Shown: piece by piece, positions 50,057 through 63,039 of the stretch | How positions within the stretch are numbered: the stretch's first letter is position 1 | Layout of the letters: the number at the start of each line of letters is the position of its first letter | NCBI RefSeq assembly: GCF_001194135.2 | Contig: NC_068987.1 | Span: 81,470,829 to 81,534,828, forward strand | Direction of reading: 5' to 3' | Source: Octopus bimaculoides | Lineage: Eukaryota | Length of the DNA: 64,000 bases | The notes under the pieces: generated by a model | Seen by the model: only the letters and a program-made list of their open reading frames with translations | Told to the model about the DNA's origin: nothing | The model's database searches: none | Made by a program: the position numbers and the translations under genes

Positions 50057-51126
50057 AGCAAGAATCAGCTGACAGTTTGTTTGCTAAAGATATAAACAAA
50101 AGCAATGAACTCTTGTAAAGATTCATTAGTTTGGGGTGTTTTTGACTGATGACACACAAAGATTCTGAAACACTGGGTATCCCAGAGTACCTTGTACAAA
50201 TAAATCAAATGTGTTATGAACACACATCATAATAAAAGAAAGTTGTTCCCCAGTAGCATATTCATATTTGAATCTATTGGAACATATCAAGGATAAATAT
50301 CCAAGTCATCGTATAGAGTCTCACTATTTACTGTACCTGTGACAATTCATTTTATATTTTTATATAATATGCAACTGCATTTTCTTTTAATAAAGTAGTT
50401 GTTGATTTATCAGTAATATTTTAGTATCTGTTGGTGTATAATGGTGATTTAAAGATGTATATCTGTGTAAATTTGGCTGGTTGAATTTCTTGGTATTTTT
50501 GATTATTGCATATATTTTTAATTGATGTTATGTATATGCTAATGTGATGCTATGCCAATGGGTATTATTGAAAATTCAAACAAATATGTTCCTCTCAATA
50601 CAATCAACTAAACAAACGAGTTTTGTGTGCAAGCAGATTTGAGAAGGCAACTGGATATCAAAGGCCTTAACCTATCAATACATGCAATTAAGATTACCAT
50701 GCAGGAATAGACAGATAATGAAAATGCATAATAGATGGTTGATGAAACAGTACCATAGATTGGTGGAGGCAAACGAACATGACAGGGTTTCTGTGTTAGT
50801 GTAGCAAATATATAATGTGGCTTGGATGTGATATCGACATGTGTAGTCAGGCATTGTAGTACTCACTCAATGTAATCTGGCATGGGGAAAATATTTAAAA
50901 TATCAGTTGTGGTGTTTGCATGTATGTGCATGTGCACATTTACACACACACACACACACACACTAAAGATAAGCCAAGAGGCCCAATATGGTACCAAAGG
51001 CTATGCACATGGTAGATCAGTTCAACACTCACTTCCTATATCTGACATGATCTTCCTAACTTCTGACTGGCTAGAATGCAGAGTCTGTGTGCTGTATATT
51101 GACTTGTAGCATTTGTTCCTGTCAGT

Positions 51127-51460
51127 GAAGCCACATGGCTTTGTGGTTAGGGTATTCAACTCATGATTTTAAAGTTATGAATTTGATTCCTGGTGGTGTA
51201 TTGTGTCCTTAAGCAAGGCACTTTCTCTCACATTGCTCCAGTCCACTCAGCTGGCAAAAATGAGTAGTACCTGCATTTCAAAGGACCAGCCTTGTCACAT
51301 TCTGTGTCACAGTGAATCTTCCTGAGAACTATGTTAAGGGTATGTGTACTTGTGGAGTGCACAGCTCCTTGCATGTTAATTTCACAAGCAGGTCCCATTT
51401 CATTGATAGAATCAACTGAAATATTCATTGTTGTAAATGACAGAATGCCAGTTTTTTATG
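51127..51460 (+). mobile_element. tRNA-derived SINE, family C
   Basis: gtgaagccacatggctttgtggttagggtattc...gtgtccttaagcaaggcact...gctccagtccactcagctggcaaaaatgagtagtacctg. Confidence 0.85.
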
Positions 51461-51574
51461 TTCATATCACTGGGTTTTATGCTCACATTATTGATGTCTG
51501 CTAATCTCATGAAACACGTGTTTATTATATAAAACATTAATACTGACTTCATTTTCTGTGTTCCTTTTACACAC

Positions 51575-51632
<58 letters not shown>

Positions 51633-51699
51633 ACACACATATACACACACATATACACAAACAAATACATATATGCATATATATACATATACATATACA

Positions 51700-53565
51700 T
51701 CATCGTCATCGTTTAATGTTTACTTTCCATGCTGGCATGGGTTGAACGGTTTGATTGAGAACTGGCAAGCCAGAAGGCTGCACCAGGCTCCGGTCTGACC
51801 TGGCAAAGTTTCTACAGTTGGATGCCCTTTCTAACACCAACCACTCCGAGAGTGTAGTGGGTGATTTTTATGTGCCACCAGCATGAGCACCAGTCAGGCA
51901 GTATTGGTATCGACCATGCTTGAATGGTACTTTTTATGTGCCACCAGCATGGGAGCCAGTCAAGTAGCATGGGCATCATCCACGCTTGAATAATGCTTTT
52001 TACGTGCCACCAGCACAGGTGCCAGTCAGGTGGTACTGGCATAGGCCACAACAACAACTTCACTTGACTCAACAGGTCTTCGCATGAATAATTTACTGCC
52101 TGATGATTGAAGGGTATTCTTAAATGGGCCAGTTATGCTGCACTGGCAAAGGCCCTGGTTACAGTCTCACTTGGCTTGCTGGGTCTTCTCAAGCACAGCA
52201 TATTCCAAAAGGTCTCGGTCACTCATCATCACCTCCGTGAGACCCAATATTTGAAGGTCGTGTTTCACCACCTTAACCTAGGTCTTCCTGGGTCTACCTC
52301 TTCCACAGATTCCCTCTACTGCTAGGGTGTGACACTTTTTCACACAACTGTCTTTATTCATACTCAACACATGACCATACCAGCGCAGTCATCTCTCTTG
52401 CCCACCACATCTGATACTTCCTATGTTCTACTTTTCTCTCAGGGCATTTACACTCTGTTGTGTATGCACATTGACATTATACATCCAGTGGAGCATACTA
52501 GCTTAATTTCTTGCAAGCTTACACATGTCCTCAACAGTCACAGCCCATGTTTCACTACCATGTAGCATGGCTGTTGGTACACATGCATCATACAGTCTAC
52601 CTTTTACTTAAATCAGAGGCCCTTTGTCACTAGCAGAGGTAGGAGCCCTCTGAACTTTACACAGCCTATTCTTATTCTAGCAGCTATGTTGACTTGGTCA
52701 CCTAGGTAATGGAAGCTATCAACTACTTCTAGTTTTTTCCCCTGGAATGTGACAGAAGCTGTTTGCTGCACATTTTCAGTGTTTATTGCCCCTGAGAATT
52801 TACCACACAAAAAGCATCTTCCCAGTTAGCCTTCCTTTGATATTGTTGCCCCTCTTATATGTCCGTAGCTTACACTGGGTACATCTTATGGAGTTTCTAA
52901 CTACGCCTTTTCTACAGATCGAGCAGGGCCATCTACCTGAAGGTATTTGTGATTTGTCTACCTTCCTACTTATTAAGACTTTGGTTTTTGCTAGATTGAC
53001 TCTAAGGCCCTTTGATTCTAATCCTTGCTTCCACACCTGAAACTTCTCCTCCAGTTCTGATAGTGACTCAGCTATTAGGGCAAGGTCATCAGCATAGAGA
53101 AGCTCCCAGGGGCATCCTGTCTTGAATTCCTATGTTATTGCCTGGAGGACTATGATGAATAAGAGGGGGATAAGGAGTGATCCTTGGTAGACCCCTACCC
53201 AGAATTCTTCACTGTACTCATTGCCAACCCTCACCTTACTGACAGCATCCCTGTACATGGCTTGTACAGCTCTCGCTAACCACTCATCTATCCCTAGTTT
53301 CTGCATTGACCATCAGATAAGACATTGGAGGACTCTGTCAAAGGCTTTCACTCTGTCAACAAAAGCCAGGTACAGAGGTTTATCTTTGGCTAGGTATTTC
53401 TCCTGCAGCTGTCTTACTAGAAATATAGCAACAGTGGTGCTTTTCCCTGGCACTAACCTAAACTGTACCTCATCTAAACTAACTCTCTCCCTAATTAGTT
53501 GAGCTATGACTATCCATGACTTTCATTACCTGATACTACAACTTGATACCTCTGTAAGTATTTGT
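51700..53565 (-). mobile_element. 5'-truncated RTE LINE with RT and PHD finger
   Basis: LAFVDRVKAFDRV, VGVYQGSLL, GCPWELLYADDLALIAES (YADD at 53085-53096), PCSICRKGVVRNSIRCTQC. Stop at about 52167; the 3' UTR has three ~66-bp tandem units and an (ATG)n tail. Confidence 0.92.
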
Positions 53566-53582
53566 ATCTAATGCATCACAAG

Positions 53583-53705
53583 TGTTTGATCGGCCTGAGG
53601 CTATGATAGAAGATACCTGCTTAATGGGTTAAAGTGCCATGCAGTGGGACTGAACCCAGAACTATGCAGTTTTGAAGCAAGCTTCTTAACACACAACCAT
53701 GCCTA
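53583..53705 (-). mobile_element. SINE family A 5' head abutting the RTE 5' end
   Basis: The minus strand reads gtaggcatggttgtgtgttaagaagcttgcttc...ctgggttcagtcccactgcatggcac. Confidence 0.75.
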
Positions 53706-54439
53706 CACACACACACACATACACACACACACGCGCGCGCATATATCATGGCTGAGTTGTTAAGAAGTCCACTTCAAAATTGTGGCAGCTGAGTTCAATC
53801 TTGTTACATCATTGAGGTCAAATGTCATATACCATTGACCCACCAAGTCGACAGAACCCATGTAGTAAAATTGGAGAGATAGAAAATGTGCGAATAACTG
53901 TTGGGTGGACACAGTGCATTCAAATTCAAAGTGGCAGCTTTAGCAGCTACTGCCTGATGATTATGTTAAGTACACAAGTGTCTGTGGAATTCTCAGTCAA
54001 TTACATGATAATTCAATAACGAAGCAGTTCATTAAACAACTAGAATACTTATCTTTAAAACCAGTAGAGGATTCATTAAGCTTTGTATGTATGTGTGTGT
54101 TTGTGTGTGAGCATACAGAATGAAAGACACTGCTGTCTGTGTTAATGTAGCAATAATATGTGTGTAGATAGGAACAAAATTCACTGTCTCAGTAAAAGGA
54201 AGCATACAGCTGGGGCTACTAAGTCATTTGATTGTGATGTAATTCATTTCATGCACATGAGATATAATGGATTAAAACTGACATCCTGATTATTAGGAAC
54301 TAGAGAAAATACATTAGCATGTGATTTCTTGTTTGATCCTACTGCGTAGTGCCTTGATTAAGTGGCTATCAATACTTCTTAAGTGAATTTGGTACATTGA
54401 GATTTCAGAAAGCTCATCATATACATTGTGTGTATATCA

Positions 54440-55640
54440 CCATCATCATTGCCATTGTTTAATGTCTGCTTTCCATGCTGGTATAGGTTAGACGGTTTGA
54501 CTGAGAACTGGTACACCAAGAATCTGCACCAAGCTCCAGTCTGGTTTGGCAAGGTTCCTACAGCTGGACGCTCTTCCTTATGCCAACCACTCCAAGAGTG
54601 GAGTGTAGGGGGTGCATTTTACATACCACCAGCATGGGTTCCAGTCAGGCAGCACTGGCATCAGCCACGACTATGATTTCATTCAGTTTAACAGGTCTTC
54701 ACAAGCATAGCATATCACCCAACGATTGAAGGGTGCTTTTAAACAGGCCAGTTATGCAATACTGGCATTCACTGATCTCACTTGGCTTAATGGATCTTCT
54801 CAAGTATAGCATTTCTTCAAAGGTCTCAGTCATTTGTCATTGCCTCTGTGAGGCCCAACGTTTGAAAGTCATGCCTTTACCATCTCATCTCATGTCTACC
54901 TCTTCAACAGGTTCCCTCCACTGTTAGGGTGTGACATTTCTTCACACTGCTGTCCTCATCCATATGCATCACATGACTATACCAACCCAGTCGTCTCTCT
55001 TGCACACCACATCTGATGCTTCTTATGTCCAACCTTTCTCTCAGGATGCTTACACTCTGTCATTCAGGCACACTGACATTACACATTCAGTGGAGCATAC
55101 CAGCTTTATTTGTTACAAGCCTAAGCATGTCCTTAGCAGTCACAGCCCATGTTTCACTGCTGTGTAGCATGACTGTTAGCACACATGTGTCATAGTCTAC
55201 CTTTCACTCTGAGCGAGAGGCCCTTTGTTACCAGCAGGAGTAGGAGCTCTCTGAACTTTGCCCAGCCTATTCTTATTCTAGCAGCTACACTCTCAGAGCA
55301 TCCACTCCTGCTACTGAGTTGCCACCTAGGTAATGGAAGCTATCAACTACTTCTAGATTTTCCCCCTGGCATGTGATAGAATCTGTTTTCTGTACATTTT
55401 TGGTGTTTATTGCACCTGTGCATCTTCCACACACAAAAAATATCCTTTCAGTTAACCTTCCTTTGATATTGATGTGCCTTGTGTCCATAGTTTACACCAG
55501 GTAAATCTTATGGAGTTTCTACCTACGTTTTTTCTAGATTGAGCAAGGCTATCTACCTGAAGGGATTTGTGATTTGTCCACCTTCCGAAGACTTTAGATT
55601 TTGCTAAGTTAACTCTAAGGCCTGTTGATTCTAGACCACA
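54440..55640 (-). mobile_element. 5'-truncated RTE LINE (PHD-type family)
   Basis: GLESTGLRVNLAKSKV, GRNSIRFTWCKLW, FFVCGRCTG, LEVVDSFHYLG; same 3' UTR as the other copies. Confidence 0.88.
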
Positions 55641-55846
55641 CATGTATGTGTGTGTGTGTATGGTGTATACACACACACATACATATATATGTATAAATGA
55701 TACGGTATATTATGTTACAGCCCTCTGCAGATTGTATAGATCCCTTGTGGTGGGAGCATGCAACTGTGGAAGTTAATCAAGACTATACATAAGAGCCAAA
55801 ACCTGAATGGTAAAATTGTTGCACATTGAGCATATCCATTCCTATT

Positions 55847-55879
<33 letters not shown>

Positions 55880-56025
55880 TCATCATCATCATCATCATTG
55901 TTTAACGTCCACTTTCTATGCTGGCATGGTTTTACTGAGGATTGGCAAGCCAGGAGGCTGCACTAGGCTCCAATCTGATCTGGCAAGGTTTCTACAGCTG
56001 GATGCCCTTTCTAACACCAATTGCT
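55880..56025 (-). mobile_element. RTE LINE extreme 3' end
   Basis: (CAT)n followed by gtttaacgtccactttctatgctggcatgg...gtttctacagctggatgccc. Confidence 0.8.
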
Positions 56026-56089
56026 TCAAGATATATATATTTATAGTGATTTGCGACTCCATAAGTTAGAAAAAATAAGCACTCATATA

Positions 56090-57000
56090 CTTGTTGATTG
56101 AGTGGATATATTAATCAAAGAATATATATCCATTACAGTTGATCTTACAATAAAGATTGTCCTTCAATGAACCAGACAGATGGAAGTAGGAGCGCACCAG
56201 ATCCTGGCCGTATGGTGGATGGGGAACCACTGATCTGGTCAACTGCATCATTGGTTGCCAAAAATGAGTCTGGCAATGCATAGACATGGTGAACGTGGAT
56301 AGTCTTCAGAGTTTTGTTCAAGCTCTCTCGCGTAATGACTTTTCTAAGCATTTTTAGCATTTCAATATACTGTTCACTGTTAATAATACAGCTACATTTT
56401 GGAAAATGAAGGATAATGATGCCCTTATCATCATGACTTGTTGTGCCAATCACTATCACTTGAACTTCTTAGGCCTTGATGGAGAGGTGTTATGCCATTT
56501 TATAGACTGAGCTTTATTTTTTAGCTCTTCAAAATATGCCCTGATTAAGTTCACTGATTTCAAATACTTCAAGTAGATCAGAAAAGACTTCCACCTTTCT
56601 CTCCTTCAAAACAAGTATCAACTATCAAGGTTCTTAAGTTGATGTCTGCTCTAAGTGAGGATTAATAGATATGTGATGAACATTTCAACTGCTTCACTAA
56701 GTCAGCTCTTATCACCCAGTCATGTACAATGGAAAGCAAGCCATTGGGGAAGTTCTTTGAGCCACCACCTCTCATTGACAAAAACAGTTTTCCTGGCTGT
56801 TTTGTGCACATCTATACACACACATATACACACACGTGTGTGCACGTGCACTTCGTTGCATCTTGCAATTCTCAAAGTGTAATTTTTTCCCAGACATATA
56901 ATGCTGACTTTTATAGAAAAGAAGTTTCGAAAATTTTTAATGAAGTCCAATGTGTTACTGGAAATGTTTATTGGTGAAAAATAACCCTTTAGACAATAAA
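56090..57000 (-). mobile_element. Decayed mariner transposase remnant
   Basis: DDKGIIILHFPKCSCIINSEQYIEMLKMLRKVI...VHHVYALPD...SPSTIRPGSGALLLPSVWF aligns by eye with mariner FWDxxG...INSxYY..L..LR...HDNARPH...HPPYSPDLAPSDF. No TIRs recognised. Confidence 0.65.
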
Positions 57001-57284
57001 ACACTCACACTAAAGACTGAGTATCTGTTGCAAATACAGTTGAATAAGCTGAATAGAAATTACATTATGTAAATTAAGGTCAAATTCTGAGGAGCTTGAA
57101 ACATAAGAATCTTTATGAATTAGATGTAATTATATTACAGTTTTTCAAAATTTTGTTGCAGTAGAATTCATGAGATAAAATTTTCAACTCTTTCATTTGA
57201 ACTTGTCTGAAATAACAGGCCACATAGAATTGAGGAGCAATAGTAATGCAGTCCTTGCCAACTCATGTCAGTGTAAAAAGCAGA

Positions 57285-57345
57285 TAATGATGATGGTGAT
57301 GGTGATGATGATGATGATGATAATGATGATGATGATGATGACAAT
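57285..57345. repeat. (GAT)n microsatellite
   Basis: Seen directly in the sequence. Confidence 0.9.
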
Positions 57346-58377
57346 GACAACAACCATGCCTATGTTTATGGAGATGACTGTGAGGAAGGATAATGACTTA
57401 ATAAACTAATAGTGTTTTCTTTATTTTTGAAATGTAGTTGCCTATATTGGTATTACATTTTTTAACATACTTTACACAAAGAATCAATCAGAATAGCAAT
57501 TTGGTTCAAAGAATTTTAAAAATGAAAATTTATGATTATTGATTGATTTACACTTAATTGGTATAGTGATCAATGTTTAGGCAAGGTTAAGATCTAGAAT
57601 CAGATTAGTTTGAAAGTCAGGTTCCCACTGACAAAACAACATTAGAAATCTAATTCAATAAATTACTTATTAACAATTGCCACAAGCACAAACTTGCAAA
57701 TGTGATGAAAGTTTAATTGCAAGTTTATTTTCTCGAGCCTTAAAATTAGATTTTTAATTTATAGTTTGATTATTTCTTGCTGTAATCTTTATGTTGTCTG
57801 AAAAATTATAATTCTGAACTAGTTGTATACAGCTTGAACAAGAAAATACCTCAGCTAGAAAATTAATCTAATTAAAGTATTATAAATACACTAGATATCA
57901 TACTACATCCTCATCAGTGATCTTTACTCCTCTCTTCTGCAACTATTTAAAAGCTAACAACAATTGGTTCCTATATGTAGGTTGAGAAAATTCTATCAAA
58001 TTATATATTTAGAATTTAGGGTTTATATAATTATAAATTGCAATTTTGCTTTTTTTAAAGGATTCACAAATTAATCATAACAAACTGCATTGCTAAAATG
58101 TTAATGTAACCAACATTTTCTATCTTATCTCTCATAACTTATTCTCTTTTATGAAATTTTATTTTCTTTATACCATTATCATCAAAGTGTTAATGTCCAT
58201 TTTGTCATAAGTTGGATAATACAGTATAACACCAATTATCTTTGTCTTTCATCTTCCCTTCTGTGAAGCCTAGCATTCTGTTTATCTGAACTCCAACTTC
58301 TAACATCTTACTCAAACTTTCTCTTTCACAGGAATCATCTTCTGAAAGTATGTGACACTTTTTCTTTCAGCATTCAT

Positions 58378-58725
58378 TGTTCATTCATGCCAGTGCCCTT
58401 TGACTGGCTCCTGTACTGGTGGCACATAAAAAGCACCATGTGAACATGTCGATGCCAGCACCCCCTAACTGGCTCCCATGCTGGTGTCATGTAAAAAGCA
58501 CCATCCAAACACCGTCGATGCCAGTAACCCCTGACATGCTCCCATGCTGGTGGCATGTAAAATGCATCCACTACACTCTCAGAGTGGTTGGCATTAGGAA
58601 GAGCATCCAGCTGTAGAAACATTGCCAGATCAGATTGGAGCCTGATGCAGCCTACTGGCTTGCCCATCCTCTGTCAAACCCTCTGACCCATGCTAGCATG
58701 GAAAGGAGACGTTAAACGACGATGG

Positions 58726-58756
<31 letters not shown>

Positions 58757-58757
58757 A
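58378..58757 (+). mobile_element. RTE LINE 3' UTR with three tandem units and (GAT)n tail
   Basis: Reverse complement of the 51700-52060 terminus. Confidence 0.85.
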
Positions 58758-58789
58758 CACATGTCATATCAACATAGTCAGCTCCCCTG

Positions 58790-60140
58790 CTTTCATGGGA
58801 TGATATCTAGCTCCTCTCCCAGTTTTTGTGTTCTGATTCTCATGTTTGTTAATAATACACTCACAGTACATTGCATTTGTCTTATTTCTCTCTAGCCTTC
58901 ACAAACCTCCTGCATTCACTACTCCATCTCATTACCATAGAGAATTACAGTTCTTAGGTATACTTCATTCAACCTGCCTTCTACATTGAGAGAAACTCTT
59001 TGTTGCCAATAGAGGCAATATTTCCCTGAATTTCTTCCACCCTGTACTTATCCTTGAAGCTCTACCTTTCCTATATCCTTCCTTAGTATTAATTATCAGA
59101 TCACTGAGACAATAAATTATTATCTGAGTCACCTGAGCAAGTTAGAAATTTTATTTCATTGAAACGTCTTGCAATTAATTATTCCAGTACTTCTCAAAGA
59201 CCTGGGGGCCATGCTACAATTTTTATGTACCCTGGATCCCAACCACATGGTTCTAGGTTCAGTCCTACTGTGTGACACTTTGGGCATGTGTCTTCTACTA
59301 TAGCCTCGGGCTGACCAAAGCCTTGTGGGTAGATTTGTTGATGGAAATTGAAAGAAGCCGTCGTATATATGCATATATGTATATATTTGTGTATCTGTAT
59401 TTGTCCTCCCCATCACTTGACAACCAATGTTGGTGTGTTTATGTCCTCGTAACTTAGTGGTTTGGCAAAAGAGACCAATAGGATAAGTAATAGGCTTACA
59501 AAGAATAAGTCCTGGGATTGATTTGTTTGACTAAATGCCGTGCTCCAGCATGGCCACAGTCAAATGCCTGAAACAAGTAAACAAACAAATCAATTGCACT
59601 CAATAGACATTCAGTTCCTACTAACTTCTGTCTTTCATATTGAGCAGAATCACTTGCCAAATGGCATTGGAATTTCATAGTTGCTTCTTACTAACTGGCA
59701 CTTTGCTGATCTTTAAGCTTTTAGATGCTAGACTCTGTTTCAAGGTTTGAAATATTTGAATGATGTTGCTTTGCGATCTCATGTATAAAGGTTTCTAAGT
59801 GCAACATGTTCTGAACATATATGTCCTAGTCTCAAAAACTGTCAGGTTTCCAAGGGTTGAAAACAGTTTTGGTGCTCACTTAACTCTACATTACATTTCT
59901 CCCTGAACTCCCTCCAAGTTTAAAATTTACTTATAGAACTATTATGCATAGCATGTATGGCTCTAGCATGTCATTAAGCTACATTCAACTTCCTTAGCAT
60001 CCACCAAGCAGCAGAGTGGAAAACCTTATCAATGCTCTCTTTCATATGAACAAACAAAAACTAGAACAGTTTCTTCTTAGCTAAGGATTTTACTTGCAGT
60101 TGTGTCAACATAGATATGGCATCCATAGTTCTGTGAAATG
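58790..60140 (-). mobile_element. Old RTE RT fragments, interrupted by a SINE at 59235-59590
   Basis: Degenerate ESIDKVFHSAAWWMLRKL (cf. EKAFDRVPR..WWALRKL) and LLAT..LSL-like segments. Confidence 0.45.
59235..59590 (+). mobile_element. SINE family A
   Basis: cccaaccacatggttctaggttcagtcc...caaagccttgtgggtagatttg...gtgctccagcatggccacagtcaaatg. Confidence 0.88.
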
Positions 60141-60904
60141 GCATGATTGCCGAATTAAATAATAGGGATTTGAATCATCCCTTGTCAACCATAGGTCATT
60201 TCAAGGACTATACTGTCACACATACATGCATATATGCTCACACATATATATGTTTATATATAGATGCATACATATGGGTACTTACACTTGTATATGCACT
60301 TGTATATGCACACAGATATACACACATGTCTTCATATTCCTAAATGCATTCACTTGCATAATTAGAAAATAAAATAATCTACAGAAAGTACCTCAAATGC
60401 ATCAATGGCATAAATTTGTACAAATAGGTTAAGGAGTGATGTATTGAATGTCCTCTACAAAAATATTCTCAATTGAATTTCCCCTCTTAACCGGAAAACG
60501 AAAACAAAAATCAAGTACTTTATGTCAACAATTCCCAAAGAAAAGAGGTGGAGACTTCAAGAAATTAGAATTACTCAGACATAATTTACATGGCTAAGAC
60601 ACAGTCTGATCTTTATTTGCAGGTGAGGGACAACCACAGATGTTTCAGTATATTTGAACTTATCATCTTTTCATAATAATACTATTGGCCTATTTTGATT
60701 ATTTCTCTTATCTCATTAAATATTTTGATTATACGTACTTACAAAAATTTATCTTTATCATTTTCTTTGTACATAAAATTTTCACCAACTCATCCAAAGT
60801 AAGCTTGTGTAGACTTTATTATACAGATGAGTTTTAAGAGACTGAAACATGCCCATATTTTCTCTTGCCAGCAAACAAAAATAAAACTTTACCCCTAGAC
60901 ATAT

Positions 60905-61117
60905 ACTCTTTTACTTATTTCAGTCATTTGACTGTTGCCATGCTGGAGCACCACCTTTAGTCGAGCAAATCGATCCCAGGACTTATTTTTTGTAAGCCTA
61001 GTACTTATTCTATTGGTCTCTTTTTGCCAAACCACTAAGTTACGGAGACGTAAACACACCAGCATTGGTTGTCAAGTGAAGTTGGGGGGACAAACACAGA
61101 CACACAAATATATACAC

Positions 61118-61159
<42 letters not shown>

Positions 61160-61320
61160 GATGGGCTTCTTTCAGTTTCCGTCTACCAAATCTACTCACA
61201 AGGCTTTGGTCGGCCCAAGGCTATAGTAGCAGACACTTGCCCAAGGTGCCATGTAGTGGGACTGAACCTGGAACCATGTGGTTGGTAAGCAAGCTACTTA
61301 CCACATAGTAACTCCTACAC
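60905..61320 (-). mobile_element. SINE family A (near full length)
   Basis: High similarity to 15085-15490. Confidence 0.9.
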
Positions 61321-62016
61321 CTACCTATAAATTAACTTTGAATTGAAATACTTCTAATTTCTCAAAATACTCAACTTTTTCCTTTGGGGTTCACAAGGAA
61401 TTTCCATGAGAATTTTGCTTGCATTTTCAAGCACAGTTATGATCTTTTAAGTATTTTTTTTTTGTATATGACATCCAATATATAGCACCTTACTTTATTT
61501 ACTTACATACACACACACACGTGCACACACACACAGAACTTAAAATCTGCATTTGTTTCCTTATGTGTGTACAGACTAAAGTAGCTATTCAAACCCTTGA
61601 TAACCAGCTAACAAGAATATCATTTATCCAGCCATGTAATCCAATAGCAACCAGCAACAATAACATGCAGACACCTACATAACTGAATCCATCCATATAA
61701 CATCTGTAGCTCACTATATTCATACATGTTTCAATACTTACATCCCACAGTGTAGATCCCAGTCACTGCATACCATTAATTATAATACCAACTGCCAAAT
61801 TCCTATTTTCTACATTGTATTAACATCACAAATATCTTACCCTAAACAAATCTTCATCTGCCATGGTTATATACTACTATATACTCAAACTACTTTCTCT
61901 CTCTTTCCTTCTCTTTCTTTCTTTGGATGCCATGTCCAGAGTATAAGACATAGGTGATCATATCCTGTCACAGTTCTCTGTTCTTTATTTTCTGTTACAG
62001 TTCCACTTCCTGATGT

Positions 62017-62330
62017 TTATTGCCTCTTTTTTTCCAAATATTTCATCAAGCTTGACATCCACATCATCCGTTTCCTTCCTCTGCTTCTTTTCTCTTTAGT
62101 CTTTCCAGTCATCACTAAATTCTTCAGGCCTTCTTTCCTCATCACATGATCAAGAAATCTAGGTTGCTTGGCCCTTATCTCATGAGGCAGTTTCTTATTT
62201 ACTGCAGCCCAGGCCATCACTTCTTCATTAGACACTTTGTCCATGCTATCCTCACTATTCTCCTTAAGAACCACATTTCACAGCTCTCCAAACACCTTCT
62301 CGTTTCTAATGCAGTAGACCATGCCCCATT
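62017..62330 (-). mobile_element. RTE (BovB-like) LINE C-terminal fragment
   Basis: DKVSNEEVM...FLDHVMRKEGLKNLVMTGKTKEKRSRGRKRMMW. Confidence 0.75.
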
Positions 62331-62737
62331 TCCATACATTAACGCAAGGTAGACTACTATGTTCTCATATTACTAAAGTGTTGACAGAAACACTATTTGA
62401 ACACAATAATTATTACAATAAGTTTATAATCTAATATGTTAATTGCTACATTTCATATTTATCTATTTATATTCTATGAATTTTATATATTTATTTTCAT
62501 ATATTGATTCACTTATTTTCATATTTATTGCTTCTATGTATTTTTGTTTGTTGATTGTTTTTATATTGATTAATTAATTTATTTATTTTCCTGATTACAC
62601 ATTTAGGCATTCAAGATAATCTTTCTATCATTATAAAATTTCATCATTTTTTAAATGCTAAAATGATTATAAAATGGACAGTTTATCTTGTTTAGTACAA
62701 ATTTTAACATATTTGTCAATCAGATCTTAAATAGTTG

Positions 62738-62760
62738 TTAGGGTTAGGGTTAGGGTTAGG
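62738..62760 (+). repeat. Short interstitial telomeric-type repeat (TTAGGG)3 TTAGG
   Basis: Seen directly in the sequence. Confidence 0.85.
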
Positions 62761-63039
62761 ATTATTTTAGTATCCAATTAGGAATCTGTAAGTTTATACG
62801 TACAAATGTTTGTATGTATGTGTAAGGGTTTCTGTTTGTATTTTTGTATGCATGTATATGTTTGCATGCATGTATATGCACTGACAAGTACGCATACATG
62901 TGCACACTTGTGTATGTACATGTGTATACATGTGTTTGTACATGCGTGTGAATGCAAACACACAGCTACTCTACAAGAACTAATTACCAACAAGCTCAAA
63001 GGAAAAAACAAGAAATATCAGGCTCAGAATTAGCTGTGA

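Noticed and set aside
51866-52050. CRISPR-like repeat array
   Set aside because: Eukaryotic context; the units are contiguous, diverged tandem repeats in a LINE 3' UTR without unique spacers or cas genes.
60590-60622. ATG...CAG|GTGAGG as a first coding exon (MAKTQSDLYLQ)
   Set aside because: The same site reads equally well as an acceptor (ctgatctttatttgcag|), with no promoter or downstream exon support.
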